From Gemmatimonadaceae bacterium (lineage in GTDB: Bacteria > Gemmatimonadota > Gemmatimonadetes > Gemmatimonadales > Gemmatimonadaceae): a stretch of DNA of 23,610 nucleotides. Below, piece by piece: positions 8,232 to 16,505 of the stretch. The stretch lies in the NCBI GenBank assembly GCA_033763905.1, contig JANRJP010000074.1:1-23610 (forward strand). Direction: 5' to 3'. The position numbers and the translations under genes were made by a program. Position 1 is the stretch's first letter, and each line of letters starts with the position of its first letter. The notes under the pieces were generated by a model, which had not been told where the DNA came from, did not search any database, and worked only from the letters and a program-made list of their open reading frames with translations.

Positions 8232-11200
8232 TTACGGGTTCACCGTGAAGGGTGGGACGCCGCCGGGAGGGAGCGTGGTGCCCGTTAGCGCGTCGTCGAC
8301 CCGGAAGAACAATTCCCGTGGCTGTCCTGTGGTGTTGCCGATGGTGAGCGTGAACGTGGCGACACCGTTCACTGCATTCACTTCAAGCGGGCCGGTCACG
8401 GTGAGTCCACTCGGCAGGCTGCCAGGTGTCGTTGACGTGCCGGGCGTGAGTCGAATGCCGCGAGTGAGGTTGGTGACGATGTTCCCGAAATTGTCCTGAA
8501 ACGCCACACGGATTGTGACCGTCGCGCCAGCAGCGACAGACCCCTGCGGGGACTCGGTGGTGACGAGCCGACTGACCGTCGCGAAGGATGCGACGCTGAA
8601 GGTCGGCGAATCGATCGAGCCTAGGGTGGGATGCGAGTAGCGAATGCGGAAGTTGTCGCCACCTCGGTTGAGGCTGAAGAAGCCGAAGTAGGCGCCAGTG
8701 CCGAGGACGAGGCCGTGGTCGGGTCGTCCCGTCGCCACGATGCCCACTGTCGTTGTGCCACTGAGGACCATTCCGGTGGAGTCAGTGAGCAGGGTTGCGG
8801 AAACGACGCCAGAGCTCTGGGCGGCGTTACCGATGGAGTCAACAGGCATCACGCTGCCGATGTTGTTGCCCAAGTCCCCCCAGCAAGTGGCCACTGGCCG
8901 GTCGTTGGCGGCTTGCGCGAAGGTGTAGCCGCAGGGCGTTCCAAACGGATCGTTTGCGACGCTGCCGCTCACGTATGGCGCACTTCGCGCGCCGCCGAAT
9001 GCCATCGCGAGGCGCACTGCCGGCGCCGGCAGCACCGAAATGCGGCTGCTCGGGAGACCGGCCAACTCGCTTCGTGCGCCCGACAAGCCTGTTGTCGAGA
9101 AGTCCACGTACTGAATGTTCGCACTTACTCTGAAACGCATTCCTGCAAAACGGGCAAGACCGTTGATGGCTTGCACCGATCGATTGCCTTGGAACCACGT
9201 TGTGTCGTTGGTGGGGTAGTCGCCGCCGAAGCAGAACTGGGGCTGGCAAGCGTCTGTCCGCGCCGTCATCGTCACCGTACTAAACGACGGCACCCGATTC
9301 CCAAACTGATCGGTGATCTCCACCTCCCACACGCCCGTGTACGGCAATCCTGCCGTCACTTCCGGCACCGTGGGCTCACGCACCACACGCAACTGCGACT
9401 GCGGCGCGGGATTCACCGTCAACGTCACGGTCGTCGTATCCGTCCGCAGCCCTGGCGCGCTGACCCGGAAGCGGTACTGCCCCGCCACGGTTAGCGTGAC
9501 ACCGGTGAACGACACCGCGCCTGCGGTTGCGGCGGTCGTGCGAATCACCTGACCCGTCGTCGTGCCGGGGCCGGACAGCACGCTGAGCGTGACGTTGCCC
9601 GTGTAGGTGCTGGCGACGGCGCCAACGCCGTTGCGGACCTGCGCGACGATTTGGTTCCAACCCACGCCGGCCGTGGCCGTGGTCGGAGGCTGCGTCGTGA
9701 TTACGACCGACGCGGGATCGTTCTCGTTGATCGCGCTGAATGCGGCACTCGTCACCGACGGCAACCCCGCCGTCGTCGCCACGAGTTGACACCCGCTCCC
9801 GTTGCTGCCCACCGTCAGCGCGTTGAACACGGCAGTGCCGGCCGCCGACGTGACCGTAGTCGTCCCGCCCAGCGGGCCACAGCCCGACCCCGGGGCCAAC
9901 GCCACCGTGATGGGGATCGCCGCCGTCTCCACGACGTTCAACTGGGCATCGAGCACGCGCACGCGAAACGACGGAATGCTGCCCGTCGTGTTGCCGCTTT
10001 GAATCACTGCTGCGGTCGGCTGATCCTGGTAGGTGAGCGACGCCGCGACGCCGAAGCCGGCGACCCGGAAGGTGTCCGTAACCGCGGTGACCTGACCACC
10101 ACCGACGATGTTGCTCGTGACACGGAGCCGCGTGACGCCTGCCGCCGACAGCACCGCATTCGCAAACGTGGCCGTCCCGCTCGACGGGTTCACGCTCGCC
10201 GTGCCGCTGATGGTTTGGCCCGTCGGACCAGACTCGACGGTAAGCGTTGCTGCCTGGGTGAAGCCCGTGCCCGACTGGCCGACGGCATCGAGCCCGCGCA
10301 CCACGATCGCCGGCGTGATCGCGGCCCCACGGACCACCGGCGTCGGATGCTGGTCGATCACGAAGGAGACGACCGGTCCCACGGCGTTGAAGGCCGCCGA
10401 ACTGTCGGTGCCCAAGCCGACGGCGCTGACACGAAGTCGCCGCGCGACGGCGGGCGCGGTCACCGCAAGTCCAGTGAAGGTCGCGACACCGCCGACAACC
10501 TCGCGAGACGCCGTACCGCTGACCCCGAAGCCGCCGCTCGTATCCGTCGGGGCAATCGTCACCACGGTCGCGCTATCTGATATCACGCGGTTCCCCAGCG
10601 AGTCACGCACCTCCGCGGCCACAACCGGGCTGAACGCGACACCCACGTTCACATTGCTCGGCTGCTGGGAGAACCGCACGCTCACGGCAGGCGCTGGCGT
10701 GATCGAGAAGGCGCTGCTGGTTGCCGCCGTAAGTCCGGTACCCGTGGCCCTGAGTGTGATCCCGGCTGCCGCACGCCGCAGGCGCAGGTCGCTGAAGGTC
10801 GCGATACCACCTACGGCGGCCACGGCCAGTGTGCCGCGCAGTGTGTCGGTGCCGGGGTTCGCGCCGAGCGACAGGCGCACCGTGTCGGTGGAACTCACCA
10901 CGGGGTTGCCCGATGCGTCGCGAATCTGCACCTGCACCGCCGGGCCGATCACCGTGCCCGCCGTCCGCGACGCCGGTTGGACGACGAAGGCGAGCTGCGC
11001 CGGATTCCCCGGGCCGACGTCAAAGGCATTGCTGGTGGCCGCGCCGAACGCCGTGCTGCTCGCGACCAGCGTGTACCCGCTGGCCAAGGTGGCGAGCGAC
11101 AGGTTGTCGAACGTGGCGATCCCCTGCACCGTCGAGCGGGTCAAGGTGCCGACGAGCGTCGTATTGCCCGGATTCGCGCCCAGCGCGATGGTGATCGGCG

Positions 11201-14021
11201 TCGCCGCCACCGACGTCGCAAGTTCGCCGGACGAATCGACGACGGCCACGCGGACCGACGGCGTAATCGGCGACCCGGCGCGAGCCGTCGGAACGTCGGC
11301 CACGAATCGAATGGCCGCCGCCGCACCGGCGACGACATTGAACGATTGGCTCGTCCCACTCGCGAGGCTCGCCGAGCGTGCGTCCAACGTCCAACCCACC
11401 GAGGCACGATTGACGCTGATGTCATCGAAGGTGGCGAGGCCGCCAAGCGCTTGCCGCGTCGTCGTGCCGCCGAGGGTGCCGGTGATACCTTGGCTCGATG
11501 TGTTGAGGACCAAGGCAATCTCCGGCGTTCCAGCACCGTTGCGATTGCCGATCGAGTCCACCACTTCGACCGTTATCGATGGCGACAACACGGTGCGCAC
11601 CGTACTCGAGGTCGGCTGCTGCACGAAACGCAGCGCAGCTCGCGGCGCGGGCGCCACGGTAAACGTGGCACCGGTGTCAGCCAGCAGCGAACCCGATGTC
11701 GCGCGTACGCGATACCCGGCACCCGTCGCGCGGAGACGCGCCGTGGGAAACAGCGCCACGCCTGCGGTCGCGTTAACCGAGGTCATCCCAGACAGCACGG
11801 CGCCTGCAGGGCCCGCAGCAAGCGACAGACTGATCGTTGCGCTCGAGGTGGTGACGCGATTGCCGCCCGCATCGAGAATCTCCACACCGAAGCCGGCACC
11901 GAATGGCACGCCGGCCTCAGCCGCCGCGGGCGCATTCACGAGACGCAGCCGCTCGGGCGCACCGATCGCGACATCGAGCACGCTGGTGCCGCAGCGGAGA
12001 GAGGTCGCGCACACCCGCAGGCGATACCGGCCGACGGTGCGCAACACGAGCCCGCTGAACGTTGCCGTGCCGGCCTGAACCGGGCGTGCCAAGGTGCCCT
12101 CGAGCACGGCGCCCGTCGGGCCAGAGTCGACGGCAATCTCGAGGGTCCCGGTTGCTGACCCTTGGGTATTGGTCAGCGAGTCCGCGATCGCCGCACTGAC
12201 GGCAAAGGCAACTCCTGCCGTGGTTGTCGTCGGCGCTGTGCTGATCTGTACGCGATCTGCGGCGCCCGGGGTGACCGTGAAGGTGCTCGATACCGAGTTG
12301 CTGAGCCCCGTCGCGAGGGCCACCAAGTTGAATCCTGCGGCCGCGCGGTTGACGCTCAGGCCGGAGAACGTCGCGATGCCTCCAACGGCCGCCACGCGCG
12401 TCACCCCGCGAAGCTCGGCGCCGACGATGCCCTGTGGTGCCACGAGCGTCAGCGAGACGGTGTCCGTTGCCGTACGTACCAGAATCCCGCTGGCATCGGT
12501 CACGCGAACCGTCATCGTGGCGAGCGGCTCTCCGGCAATGACCGATGCGGCCGGCCCCGTGCCAAACAGCACGCGACTCCGCGGTCCGGCGGCGGGCGTG
12601 ACGTTGAACGCCGAACTCAGAAAGGACCCGGTCAGCCCCGGGCTCGACGCCGCAAGGCGCAAGCCCGTAGCGGAGGCCGAGACGGTCAGGCCCGGGAAGA
12701 CGGCCACGCCCTGCGCGGGACGCCGAGACAGCGTGCCGCCGAGCGTGACCCCCGTGGGTGGGCTCTGGAGCGACAGTGTAATCAGCGCGGTGTCCGACAC
12801 GACCACGTTGCCGAACGCGTCCAGCGCACGGACCTGAACGTCACCGGGGAACGCACTGGCCGCCTGAATGTCAGCCGGCACGGCCCCGACGACGAGCTGA
12901 CTCCTTGATGCCGGCGTCACCGTCACAGGCTCGCTGATCGCGGCCGTCGGCACGCCCGGCGCCGACACGCGTAGTCGGACGCCGGTGGCGGCGACGTTGA
13001 GGCGCGCACCAGTGAACTCGCCCACGCCTTGTACCAAGGACGCCGTCAACACGCCCTGAAGCGACGACGACGACGCGGTGCCGGAATCCGCCATCGCCAG
13101 CGTGATCGGACCGACGCTGTTCACTAGCGTGTTCCCGCTGGAGTCCTGGACAGCGGCACGAAGGACGGGCGAGAAGGCGGCGCCGGCGGTCACCGATTGT
13201 GGTGTGGCCAGCAGCACCACGCGCGCGGGCGCTGCCACGCGGACGGGCGACGGGCTCTGCGTGGCGGTCACGCTGTCCGCCTCCGCAACCAGGACGACAT
13301 TGGTGCCGGTGCCGGCGACGACGACCGAGTCGAACGTGGCGACGCCGGCGACCGCGGCCACGCTGGTCCTGCCGCTGAGCGCCAAGCCATTCGCCTCCGC
13401 CTCGCGAAGCGGCGATTGCCCGACGGCGGCCGGGCCGACGGCGCGAAGTGACAGCCGCACTTGGCGCGTCGCCCGCGTCGACACATTGCCGACGCCATCG
13501 AGGAAGCGCACTTGAAACGCCGGCAAGCGTCCTGGCGCCAATGCGACGCCACTCGGCGCCCCGTCGATCCGAAGCGCGGCGGGCCGACCTGGAATGATCG
13601 CGACCGAGCGGGTCGCTTCGACTTTGCCCCTTGGGAGTTCGGTACCCTCCAGGGTGGCCGTGAGGACGACGCTGCCGAGCGCACGACCTCGCACAACCGC
13701 CGAGCCGTCGGCGCGCAGCCGCAGCGTTGCCCGCGTGGTATCCGAAATGGACCACCGCGTCCGCTCCACGGAGGCGGCCGGCGTGCGCTCGAGGGTCACC
13801 ACCACACTGTCGGCGATCTGCACCGAGTCCGCCGCCACCATCCGCACCGTCACCGACGTCGCATCGGTCAATGAGCCGAGTTCGGTGCAGCGGACGAGTC
13901 CGAGCACCGCAGCGACAGCGAATCCGAAGAGAAAGAGAGGTCGGCGCACGGACGTCGCGGCAACGGACAAGGCGAAGGGCACACTTCCGAGCCCTAATGT
14001 CCGCCGCCAGCGAGTCGACAC
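8232..14021 (-). CDS. Giant surface/adhesin-like protein: N-terminal Ig-like domain plus ~16 tandem ~105-aa Ig-like repeats; possible lipoprotein
   Basis: Recurring unit LxFxxQP..AG..P.VxVxxxDxxGN....VxLxL...LxGT......GxAxFxxL......LxA...L....S.xFxVxPG, counted 16 times by eye. Hydrophobic N-terminus ending LGLVRC. Alternative GTG at 13949 gives MRRPLFLFGFAVAAVLGLVRC, with a non-canonical lipobox. Confidence 0.85.
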   Translation of the reverse strand: MSTRWRRTLGLGSVPFALSVAATSVRRPLFLFGFAVAAVLGLVRCTELGSLTDATSVTVRMVAADSVQIADSVVVTLERTPAASVERTRWSISDTTRATLRLRADGSAVVRGRALGSVVLTATLEGTELPRGKVEATRSVAIIPGRPAALRIDGAPSGVALAPGRLPAFQVRFLDGVGNVSTRATRQVRLSLRAVGPAAVGQSPLREAEANGLALSGRTSVAAVAGVATFDSVVVAGTGTNVVLVAEADSVTATQSPSPVRVAAPARVVLLATPQSVTAGAAFSPVLRAAVQDSSGNTLVNSVGPITLAMADSGTASSSSLQGVLTASLVQGVGEFTGARLNVAATGVRLRVSAPGVPTAAISEPVTVTPASRSQLVVGAVPADIQAASAFPGDVQVRALDAFGNVVVSDTALITLSLQSPPTGVTLGGTLSRRPAQGVAVFPGLTVSASATGLRLAASSPGLTGSFLSSAFNVTPAAGPRSRVLFGTGPAASVIAGEPLATMTVRVTDASGILVRTATDTVSLTLVAPQGIVGAELRGVTRVAAVGGIATFSGLSVNRAAAGFNLVALATGLSNSVSSTFTVTPGAADRVQISTAPTTTTAGVAFAVSAAIADSLTNTQGSATGTLEIAVDSGPTGAVLEGTLARPVQAGTATFSGLVLRTVGRYRLRVCATSLRCGTSVLDVAIGAPERLRLVNAPAAAEAGVPFGAGFGVEILDAGGNRVTTSSATISLSLAAGPAGAVLSGMTSVNATAGVALFPTARLRATGAGYRVRATSGSLLADTGATFTVAPAPRAALRFVQQPTSSTVRTVLSPSITVEVVDSIGNRNGAGTPEIALVLNTSSQGITGTLGGTTTRQALGGLATFDDISVNRASVGWTLDARSASLASGTSQSFNVVAGAAAAIRFVADVPTARAGSPITPSVRVAVVDSSGELATSVAATPITIALGANPGNTTLVGTLTRSTVQGIATFDNLSLATLASGYTLVASSTAFGAATSNAFDVGPGNPAQLAFVVQPASRTAGTVIGPAVQVQIRDASGNPVVSSTDTVRLSLGANPGTDTLRGTLAVAAVGGIATFSDLRLRRAAAGITLRATGTGLTAATSSAFSITPAPAVSVRFSQQPSNVNVGVAFSPVVAAEVRDSLGNRVISDSATVVTIAPTDTSGGFGVSGTASREVVGGVATFTGLAVTAPAVARRLRVSAVGLGTDSSAAFNAVGPVVSFVIDQHPTPVVRGAAITPAIVVRGLDAVGQSGTGFTQAATLTVESGPTGQTISGTASVNPSSGTATFANAVLSAAGVTRLRVTSNIVGGGQVTAVTDTFRVAGFGVAASLTYQDQPTAAVIQSGNTTGSIPSFRVRVLDAQLNVVETAAIPITVALAPGSGCGPLGGTTTVTSAAGTAVFNALTVGSNGSGCQLVATTAGLPSVTSAAFSAINENDPASVVITTQPPTTATAGVGWNQIVAQVRNGVGAVASTYTGNVTLSVLSGPGTTTGQVIRTTAATAGAVSFTGVTLTVAGQYRFRVSAPGLRTDTTTVTLTVNPAPQSQLRVVREPTVPEVTAGLPYTGVWEVEITDQFGNRVPSFSTVTMTARTDACQPQFCFGGDYPTNDTTWFQGNRSVQAINGLARFAGMRFRVSANIQYVDFSTTGLSGARSELAGLPSSRISVLPAPAVRLAMAFGGARSAPYVSGSVANDPFGTPCGYTFAQAANDRPVATCWGDLGNNIGSVMPVDSIGNAAQSSGVVSATLLTDSTGMVLSGTTTVGIVATGRPDHGLVLGTGAYFGFFSLNRGGDNFRIRYSHPTLGSIDSPTFSVASFATVSRLVTTESPQGSVAAGATVTIRVAFQDNFGNIVTNLTRGIRLTPGTSTTPGSLPSGLTVTGPLEVNAVNGVATFTLTIGNTTGQPRELFFRVDDALTGTTLPPGGVPPFTVNP

Positions 14022-14097
14022 TCTATTGCTAGAATGCCCTATTTCATCGCTGGCGCATCGTCGTTGTCAGACCCCCGTGCTACTCCACGCTCGACGC

Positions 14098-16206
14098 TCA
14101 GGGGGCGCGAGGCAGATCCACCACCCCGCCCCCCTGAATCACCCGCAGGTGCGTCACCGCACCCTTCGCATCGGTGACGAACTCCATCTGAATGGCCGGC
14201 TGCGCATCGAGTGACCAGCGCACGTCGTCCTGCGGCGTGATCGGACTCGTCATCGGGCCCTGCGAGAACAACAGTCGGTTCCCCTGCACCGCCAGCGAAA
14301 TGTTCGCCGGCCCCTTGGCGTATCGGCCGACGAACCGCGCGAGATACGCGGCATCACGCAGGCGCGGATCGGGCTGCCGCCTGAACTGCGTCTCGGGCAC
14401 CAGCGGATCGGTGCGCAGTTGCACGGCCTCGATACGGCCCGACGGCCCGGTGCGGAACGTGAACTGCGTCCCCTCGAGCGCCGGATCCACCGGATTCCGC
14501 AGCGCCACGAACGTGTCGTAGTGCCAATGGCCCAGCGGTGCGCTGATGCCGTTGTAGCGCGCGACCAGCGTGTCCTTCTGCAGCGTCATTTCCAGCGGGC
14601 CATAGCCGCTGTCGGCGTAGGTCCCCGCAAACTGCGACAGCGGTCGGCTGGGCTTCGTGCCGGGAATCTTGAGCTTGTCGACACCGGCCGTCGCTTCGGC
14701 AGCCATCGCGTTGCTCGCGCCCGCACGCGCCAGCGCTTCGCGGTTCCAGTCGCGCCGCGTCGCGCCGAACAAGCGGTCCGCCGCGTGCCGCACCACCAGC
14801 GTCGGCACTGCCGATCCGTTCTGATTTGTCAGCACGACGATGCCGATCTTGTCGTGCGGGAACATCGCCACCAGCGCCGAGAAGCCGTCGATGTTGCCGC
14901 CGTGGTGCACGAAGTAGTGGCCGCGCCACGTGGTCACGAACCAGCCCAGACCATAGGACACGGGCCCTTGTTCGGGATCGTCGCCCAAGCCGGAGATGGG
15001 CGTATACGGCCGGTACATATCGCGCAGCGTGCCGGTTTTGATCACCTGCGTGTCACCGAGCTTGCCGCCGTTCAGGTGCAGCGTGACCCACTGCGCCATA
15101 TCGGTGATCGTCGAGTTGATCGAGCCCGCCGGCCCGACGAGCGAAATGTCGCGGAAGGGGATCTGTTCGATCGTGTCCTTGCGGACGCGATAGGGCTCGC
15201 TGTGATCCGGGTCGGACTTCGACTGCGCCACCGAAAAGTTCGTGCGCGTCATCTTGAGCGGCCCGAGCACCTGACGACGCAAGCCGTCTTCCCACGTGCT
15301 GCCGGTGAGATGTCCGACGAGGTAGCCGGCACTCAAGAACATCAGGTTGTTGTACTGGAACTCCTGGCGCAGATCGCGCGAAAGCGGCAGGTAGCGCACG
15401 CGGCGCACGAGCTCTTCGCGCGTGGCGGTGGTGTTGTTGTACCAGACGTAGTCGTGCCGCGGGAGCCCGCTGCGGTGCGTCACCAGATCGCGCGGCGTGA
15501 TGCGCTCGGTGACGGCAGGATCGTGCATCGCGAACCACGGCAGATACGTGCGCACCGGCACATCCCACTGCAGCTTGCCTTCGTCAACGAGCGTCCCCAT
15601 CGCAAAGGTGGTGAACGCCTTCGACGACGAGCCAATGGCAAAGAGCGTGTTCGGCGTGACCGGCAGCTTGAGATCGCGATCGCGGAAGCCGTGGCCCTTG
15701 GCGTACACCAGTTGGCCGTCGACGACGATGCCGATGCCCATCCCCACGAGCTTCCACTGGGTGAGCAGGGAGTCCGCCCAGGCATCGAATCCCGCAAGCG
15801 CCGTCCGCGCCGCGTCGGCTGCCGACTGGCCGGCGCTCATCGTGAAGGGAAAGCGGCCCCCGCCCTGCGTGAATACGCCGGCGATCTTCGTGCTGCCCTT
15901 CTCGAGCGCCCCGGCGAACTTGGGGGTCCCCGGGACGCCACCGATCTCGAAGCTGATCGAGTCGCCCTTGGCGCTCAGGTTGGCGAGCGGCAGGTCCGTC
16001 GCGCGCTGGGCGGGAATGCTGATGTCGCCGGTGCAGCGCCCGTCGGTGCCGCGCGTCAGATCGACGTCAAAGGCCAGCGCGCCCGTGGGGAGGGCGATCG
16101 AGCCTGCGTAGTGGCCGCGGCAGAGGTCAGCCGTCTGGGCTGAGAGTGGCGCGGCGAGCAGGCAAAGAGCGGGGGGGAGGCCGCGGAGGAAACGGAGGGT
16201 GGGCAT
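14098..16206 (-). CDS. Secreted serine hydrolase, beta-lactamase/AmpC (CubicO peptidase-like) fold, with N-terminal beta domain and C-terminal DUF3471-like domains
   Basis: SxxK (IGSSSKAF), LVTHRSGLP, YxN (FQYNNLMF), HGG (HHGGNIDGF). C-terminal FAGTYADSGYG and FVGRY units. Signal peptide MPTLRFLRGLPPALCLLAAPLSA|Q from ATG 16206; the track's upstream extension is not credible. Confidence 0.9.
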   Translation of the reverse strand: MPTLRFLRGLPPALCLLAAPLSAQTADLCRGHYAGSIALPTGALAFDVDLTRGTDGRCTGDISIPAQRATDLPLANLSAKGDSISFEIGGVPGTPKFAGALEKGSTKIAGVFTQGGGRFPFTMSAGQSAADAARTALAGFDAWADSLLTQWKLVGMGIGIVVDGQLVYAKGHGFRDRDLKLPVTPNTLFAIGSSSKAFTTFAMGTLVDEGKLQWDVPVRTYLPWFAMHDPAVTERITPRDLVTHRSGLPRHDYVWYNNTTATREELVRRVRYLPLSRDLRQEFQYNNLMFLSAGYLVGHLTGSTWEDGLRRQVLGPLKMTRTNFSVAQSKSDPDHSEPYRVRKDTIEQIPFRDISLVGPAGSINSTITDMAQWVTLHLNGGKLGDTQVIKTGTLRDMYRPYTPISGLGDDPEQGPVSYGLGWFVTTWRGHYFVHHGGNIDGFSALVAMFPHDKIGIVVLTNQNGSAVPTLVVRHAADRLFGATRRDWNREALARAGASNAMAAEATAGVDKLKIPGTKPSRPLSQFAGTYADSGYGPLEMTLQKDTLVARYNGISAPLGHWHYDTFVALRNPVDPALEGTQFTFRTGPSGRIEAVQLRTDPLVPETQFRRQPDPRLRDAAYLARFVGRYAKGPANISLAVQGNRLLFSQGPMTSPITPQDDVRWSLDAQPAIQMEFVTDAKGAVTHLRVIQGGGVVDLPRAP

Positions 16207-16238
16207 CGAGGGGGAGAATGGGTGCCCACACGTTGCCG

Positions 16239-16457
16239 CTAGGGGCCGAAGCTCGGCAAGTCGGCGGGGGTGAGCTCGGCGCCGTTGGCGTCGATCACTC
16301 GGCTGGTGGGGCCGCGGCGCTTCATTGCCTCGGCGCTGGCGCCCAGAAAGACGACCACCCCGCCTTCGAGGACCGCTCCGTCCGCCCACGGGCGGCGGCG
16401 GTCGCCGGTCGCAATCCGGGCATTTACGACAATTGTTTCCGAAAAATCATTGGACAT
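16239..16457 (-). CDS. 72-aa protein resembling the isolated N-terminal beta-sandwich of YtcJ-like amidohydrolases
   Basis: TIVVNARIATGDRRRPWADGAVLEGGVVVFLG...GPTSRVIDANG follows the amidohydrolase N-terminal pattern. GGAGG lies 9 nt upstream of the ATG. The ORF ends before any PGFIDxHxH motif. Confidence 0.65.
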   Translation of the reverse strand: MSNDFSETIVVNARIATGDRRRPWADGAVLEGGVVVFLGASAEAMKRRGPTSRVIDANGAELTPADLPSFGP

Positions 16458-16479
16458 TGGGTGGTCCCTCCCGTATGCT
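16451..16479 (+). promoter_or_regulatory. Putative sigma70-type promoter for the flavin reductase-like gene
   Basis: TGGACA (16451-16456) - 17 nt - TATGCT (16474-16479), 26 nt upstream of ATG 16506. Confidence 0.55.
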
Positions 16480-16505
16480 CAGATCAATATGGACCGAGAG
16501 TCCGA

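Noticed and set aside
8232..14021. Possible DNA tandem repeat array, CRISPR, or diversity-generating retroelement target in the adhesin
   Set aside because: The repeats are recognisable only at protein level and are highly diverged. I saw no near-identical DNA repeat pair, reverse transcriptase or cas gene in the window.
16171..16177. G7 tract in the serine hydrolase signal-peptide coding region as a phase-variation switch
   Set aside because: Seven bases is short and unremarkable at this GC content, and the frame is intact.
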